Positions 1 through 10,916 of a stretch of DNA of 34,435 nucleotides are shown here, piece after piece (the stretch's first letter is position 1; every line of letters begins with the position of its first letter). The stretch is from Macrostomum lignano (lineage: Eukaryota): assembly GCA_002269645.1 (NCBI GenBank), contig NIVC01004813.1, forward strand, positions 1-34,435, in the 5' to 3' direction. The notes below the pieces were generated by a model, which saw only the letters and a program-made list of their open reading frames with translations, did no database searches and was not told where the DNA came from. Both the position numbers and the translations under genes were made by a program.

Positions 1-863
1 GGTAAATTTATATCGCAGAAGTCACTGCTTGAACTCAGTTGATTTTAAGATTTCAAGAGTTATAGCAGTTCTATGCATTATGACAGTAAGAAGCTATCGA
101 ACCATTCGAGCCAAACAAGTTTGTAAATTTATTATAATTTCGAAGTTCAAACAGCTACAGGCAAATTTGCTGCCAGATAAAACAACACCCGCACACAGAG
201 ACAGAGAGGGATTGATCAGGTGAGCAGAATAGAACAAAGCAACTTGACAAAGAAACAACTAATTAGCTAGCTGTGCAGTTAAGCAGAAAAACATATGCTA
301 CCAGTTTAAAGTAAACTGGACAAACTTAGCAAACTTGCGAAAGCGTGCAACATAAGATTAACAAAGCAAAACAATAATGTTGGGACGCAAAAAGGCTGAA
401 TATGGTTTCCGTTTCTAAATAGGCCTCTCATTATTGGGATTAAATAATCAGCAGAATAAAACCAAATTACCTGTAGATAATAGACCAAAGGTGAATATTT
501 GGAATTAATCGAACACAAGGCTAACTTAACTACTTATGTAAGTAGACACGCAGGTGATAATGTTGCAGTTGACAGACAGACGCGCTGGCAATACGACCAT
601 GCAGATGCTGTGTAAAGCACTAGTATGCAAATAATGTACTTTCTTTACTTAAGTCTACGCCAGCTGCCATCGTTATGTGCTGTGTATGTGCGCAGGTTAT
701 AAATAAACTTATATTACTCAATGTGATGAGCAGTGCCGAAAAAGATTAGGCCGCAAAAATTCCAAATAAAACAAAATAAATCTAAAAATTCTTTTACAAT
801 CCAACATTTACTGGTATCAAAGTATTCTTTAATTCTAGAGCAAGTCAGCTGACACTTTAAAGT

Positions 864-1659
864 GTCAGACTGGAGCCACACTGACACCCTGACAGATGGT
901 CAGACTGGAGCCACACTGACACCCTGACAGATGGTCAGACTGGAGCCACACTGACACCCTGACAGATGGTCAGACTGGAGCCACACTGACACCCTGACAG
1001 ATGGTCAGACTGGAGCCACACTGACACCCTGACAGATGATCAGACTGGAGCCACACTGACACCCTGACAGATGGTCAGACTGGAGCCACACTGACACCCT
1101 GACAGATGGTCAGACTGGAGCCACACTGACACCCTGACAGATGATCAGACTGGAGCCACACTGACACCCTGACAGATGGTCAGACTGGAGCCACACTGAC
1201 ACCCTGACAGATGGTCAGACTGGAGCCACACTGACACTCTGACAGATGGTCAGACTGGAGTCATACTGACACCCTGACAGATGGTCAGACTGAAGTCATA
1301 CTGACACCCTGACAGATGGTCAGACTGAAGTCATACTGACACCCTGACTGGGGTCAGACTGGAGCCATACTGACAACCTGACTGGGGTCAGACCAGACTG
1401 GAGCCACACTGACACCCTGACTGGTGGTCAGGCGGGAGCCACACTGACACCCTGACTAGGGTCAGACAGCAGCCACACTGACACCCTGACTGGTGGTCAG
1501 GCGGGAGCCACACTGACACCCTGACTGGGGTCAGACAGCAGCCACACTGACACCCTGACTGGGGGTCAGACAGCAGCCACACTGACACCCTGACTGGGGG
1601 TCAGACAGCAGCCACACTGACACCCTGACTGGGGTCAGACAGCAGCCAGACTGACACTC
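864..1659. repeat. Minisatellite, 35-bp unit GTCAGACTGGAGCCACACTGACACCCTGACAGATG
   Basis: CAGACTGGAG recurs at 901 and 936 (period 35). Units drift toward ...CTGACTGGGG variants at the right end. A perfect 20-bp palindrome CTGACACTTTAAAGTGTCAG (849-868) sits at the left edge. Confidence 0.97.
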
Positions 1660-2510
1660 TGTCATCAACATAAGCAAACCGAAAAATAACAAAGTGTTAC
1701 CGGGTAAACAGAAGAGAATAGAAGGAACAAAAAAATTCAGTTTCAAATTGGATAAATTTTCAACAGTTTTTGTACAAACGTTAACAATAGAACAGCCTAT
1801 TACGAATAGCAAATAAACATTAGAGAACAAAGAAAAACTACACAATATATGAATAATATATATGTACATATCTATATACAACAGTAGATAAAGTTGAAAT
1901 AAATATGGTAAGCCACTGCTACAGAGCCCCCGAATAAATTCTATGCTTGAGACAGTACAAAAATTAAAGCGAATATATACGTTAAATTAAATCTTATATT
2001 TAAAGCAAGTGCAGTAAGAGCTGCCAATATAGAACTGAGTCAAAAAAATCTTTCTATAAGACTGGGCCACAAGCAATTAACAATATGATTGGGTGTAAAT
2101 AAACAATTCCTATTGTAGACTGATATGAGACTCGGGGGGGAGGGGTTTTCCTGCGCATATAAAGTACACATAATCATACATATACAGGACAAAAAAAGGG
2201 GCCACCCACTCATATAGTAAACTGTGCCTGCTAATATTTGTTAAGGTAAAGTGACACGGATAAATGGATAGAACAGCGGTACACGACGCCTCTCAACTGG
2301 ATGAGTGCTCACTCTACTGTATGGAAGTTGAGAATTGTTTGAGTTCTTAATCTCAGAAAGATATTACCGATCATTTATAGCTGGTAGCTAAGGCAAATAA
2401 ATATTAAAAAAATATTTGATTATTCTTGTGCTACGCGGAAGACATCTGGTGTTAATTTCATTTGAGCCACTGTTTAAACCAGGAATTCTAATTCATCATG
2501 CACCGATACC

Positions 2511-3088
2511 CCAGATGGTCAGACTGGAGCCACACTGACACCCTGACAGATGGTCAGACTGGAGCCACACTGACACCCCTGATGGTCAGACTGGAGCCAC
2601 ACTGACACCCTGACAGATGGTCAGACTGGAGCCATACTGACACCCTGACAGATGGTTAGACTGGAGCCATACTGACACCCTGACAGATGGTCAGACTGGA
2701 GCCATACTGACACCCAGATGGTCAGACCGGAGCCATACTGACACCCTGACAGATGGTCAGACTGGAGCCACACTGACACCCTGACAGATGGTCAGACTGG
2801 AGCCATACTGACACCCTGACAGATGGTTAGACTGGAGCCATACTGACACCCTGACAGATGGTCAGACTGGAGCCATACTGACACCCCAGATGGTCAGACC
2901 GGAGCCATACTGACACCCTGACAGATGGTCAGACTGGAGCCACACTGACACCCTGACAGATGGTCAGACTGGAGCCATACTGACACCCTGACAGATGGTT
3001 AGACTGGAGCCATACTGACACCCTGACAGATGGTCAGACTGGAGCCATACTGACACCCCAGATGGTCAGACCGGAGCCATACTGACAC
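2511..3088. repeat. Second array of the same 35-bp minisatellite, with a 172-bp higher-order period
   Basis: Same unit as 864-1659. The variant GTCAGACCGG recurs at 2721, 2893 and 3065 (172-bp spacing). Confidence 0.95.
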
Positions 3089-3250
3089 AGTCTTGATTTT
3101 TCCTAATCGAAACTAAAATAGTCGTTAAATAATTTGACGCTTTTGAAGAGTTCTGCGTCCATTAGATTAAAGGACTTACGTTTTTTTCCGAGCGAAGCAA
3201 ACAAACTCTAAAAGCATTTCCCTTTAGCATTCGATTCCCCCTTTGGTTTC

Positions 3251-3877
3251 TTAAATGTTGCAGATATTAATATTACTAGTTCTTTTCCTTCGCCGAAGAC
3301 TTGTCGTCGGCGTCGGCAGCGGGCTCGGCAGCTGAGCCAGTCGCAGGCTGCTGCTGCTGCTCGCAGGATAATAAGCAGCCATGCGGACGTGCCAGGCAAC
3401 GGAGGTGACGGCGCTGATAGTGCGGAATTGGTGCACAACGCCGCGCGGTATGTAATAGATATCGTTGTCGCGAAGGTGCTGCCGGCTATAGCGGAATCCT
3501 TCGCGTCTTAGTAAATTCAATTCGGCGTCGTCTAGCCAGAGCTGGGGCGAGCACTGAGTCATTGGCGGCTCAAGGATGTCCAGCTGGAGCCGGATGATCA
3601 AGTCGGTGTAGTGGCGCGGATCGAACAGGATGGCGTCTTTGCACACCCGGCCGGGCTCGCCCAGGCCTGGCCGGCGGTTCTCCTCGGCGTGGACGCACTG
3701 CAGCATGCCGACGGCAGCGGTGGTGTGCCGGTCAAGACCGTCGTCGGCGTGATCGGCATGGGCGTGGGTCCGATCGGTGATCACCACCTGGCGTCGGCCG
3801 CGGGACCCGGTGCTGTACATCTGGGATAGGCTGTCTCTGCCGCTGCCGGAGCCGCGCTCTGAACCGCTGCACAGGGC
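3251..3877 (-). CDS. RSBN1: RSBN1/KDM9-like histone lysine demethylase, coding exon 2 (C-terminal conserved domain)
   Basis: Translation DRTHAHADH...TTAAVGML...LQLDILEPPMTQC...AELNLLRREGFRYSRQHLRDNDIYYIPRGVVHQFRTISAVTSVAWHVR matches the RSBN1 C-terminal domain as I recall it. Stop TAA at 3253-3251. The acceptor is uncertain: phase-0 AG candidates give an exon start at 3877 or 3904. Confidence 0.88.
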   Translation of the reverse strand, partial: ALCSGSERGSGSGRDSLSQMYSTGSRGRRQVVITDRTHAHADHADDGLDRHTTAAVGMLQCVHAEENRRPGLGEPGRVCKDAILFDPRHYTDLIIRLQLDILEPPMTQCSPQLWLDDAELNLLRREGFRYSRQHLRDNDIYYIPRGVVHQFRTISAVTSVAWHVRMAAYYPASSSSSLRLAQLPSPLPTPTTSLRRRKRTSNINICNI

Positions 3878-4042
3878 CTGCAATTGAGGTGGATAATGTG
3901 AAAGCTGAACGTCTGGGAGTGTGGCTGCTCAGCCTGAGGATCTGGGAGGGTGGCGGACAAACTTAAGCGAATAGAAATGAATGACATCTGGCTAGGAAAA
4001 GAATCACACGATTAAGCATCAAAGATGATAAATTAATCTAAC

Positions 4043-5008
4043 CTGCTCGCCGGGCCTTGTCCACAAGATCGGGCCGTCATTGGAGCTGCTAGGCTTGCTG
4101 CCAGCCAGATGGGACATTGGGCCCCAGGGCATGACGGGCGCCAGAAAGGGATTTGACTCAAGAGTAGCCAGCATGTCGTTCATTAGGCAGCCAGTCTCTT
4201 CACCTTTCGCACCAACCATGCTAACGGATTCCATCGAGCCGCTGCGAAATGTGCCGTGCGCGTAGTTGGCCCGAATTCGTTCCAAATAATCTGCGGCGGT
4301 TAACGATTCCACTTCGTTCTTTTTCTCTAGGTGACGCGATTTCACAGCGAGATTTGGCCGCTTCCGGCACAGTTCGGATAGCAGATCCGGCAGGTCGTGA
4401 GCGGCGCCGTGAACCACTCCGACGCAATAGTTGCTGTGCATTCGGCCGGGCTTGCCGCGCTCTTTAACTAGTAGATTTCTTAGAAATAGGGTGGCAAATT
4501 TGGCCAGCTGGGCCCGGTCTAATCTGGCCAATTCGCCGGCGTAGGCGTGCAAAGCCAGCCCGCCGCCATTGGAATGCTTCTCAATGTACATTAGATCGAT
4601 TAGTTTGCGGCGCGGCTGAGCAGTGAGCTGCATCATGTGCTGGTCGGGGCTGTGCCCATTCTTGGTTGCGTCATCTGCAGCGGCGGATGGAATGGCTGAT
4701 GGCGGAGCGGTTGCTGGGGCCGGCTGAGACTCCTCGGAGTCTGGATGATGTCGATTATGCTTCTTTTTCTTCTTTGCCAAAGATTCTTCTGGTTGCCGAT
4801 TTGCATCTAGTTCTCGTTTCAGCTGCTTGCCGCTGGGGCTGGTTTCGGCCTGTGGCTTTGCTGGCGACTCTTGCTCCAGCTGCTGCTTAGAGTCTGGCTC
4901 CAGCTTCATCTCCGATGGGGCCGGCTGCTCTATGGCGATGTGCTTTTGGCCACTGTCACAGTTGCCATTTGTGTTTGTGTCTGCTGGCTGATTTTCTGTT
5001 GCTGCCAT
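4043..5008 (-). CDS. RSBN1: RSBN1/KDM9-like protein, coding exon 1
   Basis: ATG at 5008. A low-complexity N-terminus with a KKKKKH basic patch is followed by LMYIEKHSNGGG..., HGTFRSGSMESVSMVGAKGEETG..., LESNPFL..VMPWGPMS..S..SNDGPILWTRPGEQ, all RSBN1-like. Phase-0 GT donor (CAG|GTTAGA) at 4042. Confidence 0.9.
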
Positions 5009-5646
5009 TCAGGCGTGGCCATAAAATGTCATTTAATATCTGTTTCAGATGAATTCTAGCAGTACTTCCTAAGTTAAAGCACTTTCCTGTCAGTAATTTA
5101 TGAAAAAGTAATGACAGCAGGACATGCCTTATTTTAAAGCAGACATTGCTTATAATTTTTTTTATAATTTTAGTCATGTCATTATAGCATTAACAATTTC
5201 AGACTCAATTTTAGCATAGACAATTTTTCACATTGTAAGCATGGTATATCTATGCTAAACCCTCTGCATTGTATCTAAGAAATACATTTTTAGATATGTA
5301 AAATGTATACATATTTTAAGGTTTAAAGGTTTTTAAAGGTTTAAAGGCTTTTTTTACTGTATTGGCATTACATAAGAAATAAAATATTAGATTGAAATAA
5401 GCTCAAATATATGCATATGTATGATTCAAGCAGACAAGGCTCTGTTTTTAGCTAAGTACTAATATTGCTCATTGTATTGTTTACTCTACTATTCACTTCA
5501 CTATTCACTCCCACTGCTCAACTGCTATATTGTTGACTCTATTATTCACTCCATTTTTTATTCTATAGTTCACTCTATATTAATTTACACTTTACTCTAC
5601 TATTCATTTGCTAACAAGTATCCTAAACCCCTAGATAATAGTTTGG

Positions 5647-5681
5647 ACTAGCAATCTAGTGCGGCCCCCTTCGGGGTGCCC
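5647..5681 (-). mobile_element. Probable Helitron 3' terminus (GC hairpin, 11 nt, CTAG|T)
   Basis: Minus strand reads GGCACCCCGAAGGGGGCC (stem-loop, 5680-5663), then 11 nt, then CTAG (5651-5648), then T. This is the canonical Helitron 3'-end geometry. No Rep/helicase ORF and no identified 5' end. Confidence 0.45.
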
Positions 5682-5934
5682 AATAAGAAAGGAGCAAAAA
5701 TAGTTCATAGAAAACAACAAAAAGCACATTTTCTTAAACACCAATTCCTTCTTCACTTTTAAAAATCACCTTAGCTTGTATTCGGGTAAAATTGTCACGG
5801 ACAAAGATGTTTAAAAAGTGAAAGAATCACTTTTTCTCTAAAATTAACAAACAGACAACAAAATATAGCTTCCCCTACATGTAAATAGAAAATATTCCCA
5901 AGACAGCAAGCACCCCCCTCCAAAAGTAAACAAC

Positions 5935-6255
5935 CGCAGATAGCAAGCATCCTCTAATGCTCATAGCAAACATCACCCCAGATAGCAAGCATCTGCAGAT
6001 AGCAAGCATCCCCCAGATAGAAGCATCCACCCAGATAGCAAGCATCCTGCAGATAGCAAGCATCCCCCAGATATTATTGAAGCATCCACCCAAATAGCAA
6101 GCATCCTGCAGATAGCAAGAATCCCTAAATAACAAGCATCCCTGGATAGAAAGAATCCCATACATGTAGCCAGTACCCCCACTCCTAAATAGCAAGCCTC
6201 CCCCCTTGAGAGCAAGCATCCTCCAGATAGCAAGCATCTGCAAGACAGCAAGTAG
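5935..6255. repeat. Degenerate minisatellite with core AGATAGCAAGCATCC
   Basis: The core motif recurs about a dozen times with variable spacers. Confidence 0.85.
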
Positions 6256-6361
6256 CTAGTGCAAATGTTACCTCCGCTAATGCAATAATCGCTTTCTCAG
6301 GTTGTGCAACAATCCACATCTCAGTGAGCGCAATAATCTCTTTTTTAGACAGCGCAATAAT

Positions 6362-6625
6362 CAGCTTCTCAGCTAGTGCAATAATCATTTACTCATCAAG
6401 TCCAAAAATGGATGTCTCAGCTAGTGCAATAATCCTTTACTCATCAAGTCCAAAAATGGATGTCTCAGCTAGTGCAATAATCCTTTACTCATCAAGTCCA
6501 AAAATGGATGTCTCAGCTAGTGCAATAATCCTTTACTCATCAAGTCCAAAAATGGATGTCTCAGCTAGTGCAATAATCCTTTACTCATCAAGTCCAAAAA
6601 TGGATGTCTCAGCTAGTGCAATAGC
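6362..6625. repeat. 48-bp tandem repeat TCAGCTAGTGCAATAATCCTTTACTCATCAAGTCCAAAAATGGATGTC (~5 copies), a dimer of diverged 24-mers
   Basis: Near-identical 48-bp copies. The two halves align to each other and to the adjacent 24-bp array. Confidence 0.93.
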
Positions 6626-6659
6626 CCTTTCTAATCGCTTAGAAACACTCGATAAAATA

Positions 6660-7196
6660 GCTTATCGAGTGCAATAATCCTTGGTTTATCAAAAGCAATA
6701 TTCTTTAATATCAAGTGCAATAATTGATGGCTTATCAAGTGCAATAATCCTTGGTTTATCAAGCGTTGTAATCTTTGGCTTATCAAGTGCAATAATTTTT
6801 GGTTTATCAAGCGCAGTAATCTTTAGCTTATCAAGTGCACTAATCTTTGGTGTATCAAATGCAATAATCTTTGGCTTATCAAGTGCAATAATCATTGGCT
6901 TATCAAGTGCAATAATCCTTGGTTTATCAAGCGCAGTAATCTTTGGCTTATCAAGTGCAATAATGATTGGCTTATCAAGTGCAATATTCATTGGCTTATC
7001 AAGTGCAATAATCCTTGGTTTATCAAGTGCAAAAATCCTTATAGTAATCCTTGGTTTATCAAGTGCAATAACCCTTGGTTTATCTAGTGCAATAATCCTT
7101 GGCTTATCAAGTGCAATAATCCTTGGTTTATCAAGCGCAGTAATCCTTGGGTTATCAAGCGCAGTAATCCTTGCTTTATCAAGTGCAATAATCCAA
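6660..7196. repeat. 24-bp minisatellite TTATCAAGTGCAATAATCCTTGGT
   Basis: About 22 copies. Explains the repeat-only ORFs (LSSAIILG)n and (IIALDKPR)n. Confidence 0.95.
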
Positions 7197-7860
7197 TAAG
7201 CCAATACAACAAATTTGTCATTTTACACAATGTATCTATTGTCATTATTGTTAGGATATACTTTGATATATACTGAAAAATGGTAAGACCTTTGTTGTAT
7301 GCTGGGAAATCTTGACATACATGTCACCTTCCAAACTATGGCCTTAGACAACCTTATGACATGTATGAGTCACTAAGTCAATGAGTGATTTTATAATATA
7401 AATATACAATGCCAAATTTATATTAAATTAGTAATTGCTATGACTATATCTAAAAGAATGGAGCCCCCTTTTTGGAGATGGCAACATTCTATTTATTGTT
7501 AAACTTTAAAACAATGGTACAATGTGTGCTTAAATAGTAGACATGCCTAATAAGCTGAGCTCTAATATTATAGACATGGTTGCTATTTCTTAAAGTACTC
7601 CATAAATTTAAATAGGTTCTTACTTGTCTTTTATCTATTGAAATTATAGTGTTATTTGAGATTGTTTATGTTATGGAATATTGTTATGGAATTGTATGTT
7701 ATGGAATATGGAGTATGTTAAGGCCTATAGAAAATTGTTATAGAATATTATAGAATATAACTTTTCACTTTAAATATATTATAGTAGGCATTTATTAAAT
7801 CCACTACATACCATAACATTTGTGTACTATCATCATAACATGACATCATAGTCCCAAAAG

Positions 7861-8846
7861 TGACCTAGAAAATTTGGCATTCCTTCAGTTTATGATCACC
7901 TTCTATTTTGCCACTTTTGGTTTATGATCACCTTCTATTTTGCCACTTTTGGTTTATGATCACCTTCTATTTTGCTACTTTTAGTTTATAATAATCACCT
8001 TATATTTTGCTCAATTGTAGCATGAAAATGGTGTGTTCAAAACAAAAAAACCAAAAATAGGCTTACACAAAGTTAAAAGTGTGGTTTGTTAGATAATGCT
8101 TAGGCCTTATATATCAGCTTTGGTATACAATCATTTGAATATGTAATGCAAAAGAAATGATTGTGAACTGAAGCTAGGTTAAAATGAATATTATATGTAA
8201 TGCACATGCACTTAAGATAGGCCTATAGGCTTAATATTATTATACGAGCTTTCATTTGCGATCGTTTTAGTGGAGTGCATATGTGGAAATGATTGTAAGC
8301 CAAAGGTGAGGGGGGATATGAAGGTGAGAAGGGATTTCAATGCCCTTGATCTGGAATAAGCAGTGGTTTTCTGCATGTGACTATTTGTCATATTTGACAT
8401 GCTTTTCTATAGCTAGCTTGGGTTTTGGGTTCACAATCATTTCAATGGGCAATATCCTACCCCCCCTAATATCAATTTGGGTAATCGTAAACCAAATGTG
8501 ATATATATCAGGCTGCCAGCTCAAACTTGACAGTTATAATTATTTGATAGGCTTTCCTACAGCCAGCTTCAGTTCACAATCATTTTAATGTTAATGGGCA
8601 ACATACATTTGGCGATTTGGGTGATCATAGGGGCCTAAAACAAAGGTGAAATATAAGCTACAACAGTTTTTACCATATTTTGAAATAAACAAAGTCAGTT
8701 TGCCAACTTTTGATTTTGTTTGATTGGAAACCACCATCAGGTTTTATGTCTTACAACTGTTTTTAGTGGTGATAGTCACAGTTTGAGGCGATCGTCACTG
8801 TTTAAGGTGATTGTTAACCAAAGGAATGCCAAAAATTCTTAGGGCC
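7861..8846. mobile_element. Decayed foldback/MITE-like element with imperfect inverted arms
   Basis: 7862-7902 (GACCTAGAAAATTTGGCATTCCTTCAGTTTATGATCACCTT) resembles the reverse complement of ~8804-8846. A perfect internal 21-bp inverted pair lies at 8155-8175 / 8565-8585. A 31-bp unit is repeated three times at ~7888-7985. No TSD seen. Confidence 0.45.
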
Positions 8847-9109
8847 TAAAATATACATTGCCAATATAATTGAGTTGAGATTGAGACACAACTATACAGC
8901 ACTGTTTATATTTTGAAACAAGTTTGTATTAGCCTAATTTCTAAAGAATAGCATGCGCCAGCTGGCAGGGCATGAGGCATATTATACTTTATGTCGATTA
9001 GTAATTGTTACAATTGTTTAATTATATTATTTATTATCAATTATCATAAACTATGTAGCACCGGCAGACGAATAGCCCAGCAGGCGAATAGAACAACAGG
9101 CCTATCTCT

Positions 9110-9369
9110 GGACCTTTTCATATTATTAATTCCAGAACCAGAATCGGTTCGGAATTCCAAGAAAAACAGCAGTATAACTATTAAACTCTGTTAATATTTG
9201 ACTGCCTTAACAACCTAACTTAGCACAATTTTTCACTTTCTTCTTGGCGATTGTCATTCAATAATAAAAACTTTATAGCACGTATTTCCCTCTAGTTATG
9301 GAGACAAAAAGTTATACTTCACAAATTGGTTCTGGTTCTGGAACCAGAGCAAGCAATATGAAAAGGCCC
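9110..9369. mobile_element. PIF/Harbinger-type MITE, copy A (260 bp)
   Basis: TIRs GGACCTTTTCATATT ... AATATGAAAAGGCCC, flanked by the 3-bp direct repeat TCT (9107-9109 and 9370-9372). Confidence 0.8.
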
Positions 9370-9416
9370 TCTAAATCTAAATGTCTAAAAACGGTTACCG
9401 CTAGCTTTAAGTCTTC

Positions 9417-9675
9417 GGGCCTTTTCATATTGCTTGCTCTGGTTCCAGAACCAGAACCAATTTGTGAAGTATAACTTTTTGTCTCCATAACTAGAGGGAG
9501 ATACGTGCTATAAAGTTTTTATTATTGAATGACAATCGCCAAGAAAAAAGTGAAAATTGTGCTAAGTTAGGTTGTTAAGGCAGTCAAATATTAACAGAGT
9601 TTAATAGTTATACTGCTGTTTTTCTTGGAATTCCGAACCGATTCTGGTTCTGGAATTTGTAATATGAAAAGGCCC
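9417..9675. mobile_element. PIF/Harbinger-type MITE, copy B (259 bp), opposite orientation to copy A
   Basis: Perfect 15-bp TIR GGGCCTTTTCATATT / AATATGAAAAGGCCC, flanked by the 3-bp direct repeat TTC (9414-9416 and 9676-9678). The body is the near-exact reverse complement of 9110-9369. Confidence 0.85.
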
Positions 9676-9945
9676 TTCGTAAGAATATTAACTATTTAAA
9701 TAATTATTTATTAGATTTTTTAAAGAAAAGGTAAACCGTTATTTTTAATTAATAAAAAATTAGGAACTAAATTTATTTGTTAATAAAAGGTAAACTTTTC
9801 GTTTTTATTTATTTTTTGTTTTTTTAAACAGTTTTTTGCATACTCATAAAAAATAAAAAGCAATATTAAATCATATGTTTCTAAGAAATGCCTAATTTGC
9901 TGGCCCGCCTGGCGGCCTGTCTGAAGTTTGAACTAAGTATGGGAT

Positions 9946-10363
9946 CAGTGGCGGCGCAGGGGGGGGGGGGGGGGGGGGGGGGCGGGCTGCCCCCGGGTGA
10001 CCACCCCTCACCACCCTCAGGGGGTGACCACCCCCAGGGGGTGACCACCCACTTAAAAAAAATTGGTACTTTCGTCTTTACCATATTTTTTCAAAAGTGT
10101 GGTCACCCCATGGGGCATCGCATGGGGGTGGTCACCTGAGACCTCAGGGGGGTGGTCACCCGGTAGGGCCTGTAGGCTGTAAGGGTGGTCACCCTTTGAG
10201 GGCGAACCGCGAACTGGGCCTGGGCGATAACGAATCCTAACGATTTTGGAAAGCTTTTTTTTTCTTTTTTTGATAATTTTTTCTGGGGGTGACCACCCAG
10301 CCGGGGGGGGGGGGTGACCACCCAACCACCGTCCCCCCAGCTGGAGGTCCTGCGCCGCCACTG
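9946..10363. mobile_element. hAT-type non-autonomous element (MITE), 418 bp
   Basis: Perfect 15-bp TIR CAGTGGCGGCGCAGG / CCTGCGCCGCCACTG and perfect 8-bp TSD TATGGGAT (9938-9945 and 10364-10371). Multiple internal GGTGACCACCC motifs in both orientations. A CAG start with an 8-bp TSD is typical of hAT. Confidence 0.9.
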
Positions 10364-10916
10364 TATGGGATTATGTTATATTTTTATGGTATTATAATAT
10401 TCGGCTTAAATATGTTTTTATAGAGGAGGAAAGTCAGTATAATATGCGCAATCTCCTAAATGCACTGCTGCTATAAAAAAATATAGTGATAGTGCTGTAC
10501 TGCTGTAGGCCTAGTCGTGTAACTCTACTGTCTCTACAATACAAATGAATTTTTAATTGCAGCTAACACACTAACAGGACTGTATGAAATAAAGTAAAGC
10601 TAGAACTATCGTTTTATACAAATATTATTTTGTAAAGATAAATATACTATATTTATATTTATATGTACTTGAACTTCTGTATAAATTAAATGTACAATTG
10701 AATTAGGCCCTATACTAGGCCTATATAATGTATGACTTATTAGGCCCTATGGTCTAAAAAATGACAAATGAATTGTACTATGTAGAATAGTTGTAATGTA
10801 CCATTAGGGCTAGAATTCCTAAATAAAATGCCCTGTTTACTCTTTACTAATAGAAAATAACAATTTTTGTTCTCTTAAGCCAAGGTAGTATAGTATCAAT
10901 CTTGACTTTCAAATCT

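Noticed and set aside
1-850. Short ORFs 29-223 and 306-518 and a donor-like CAG|GTGAGC near 220
   Set aside because: No homology or coding-like composition. Cannot be assigned without sequence left of the window.
864-3088. CRISPR-like appearance of 31-35 bp repeats here and at 25285-25625 and 32205-33535
   Set aside because: Units are directly tandem with no unique spacers, there are no cas genes, and the context is eukaryotic with spliceosomal introns.
6324-7204. Long repeat ORFs (SASAIILYSSSPKMDV)n, (LSSAIILG)n and (IIALDKPR)n as proteins
   Set aside because: Open frames are expected when the unit length is a multiple of 3 and lacks a stop. There is no unique coding flank or splice support.
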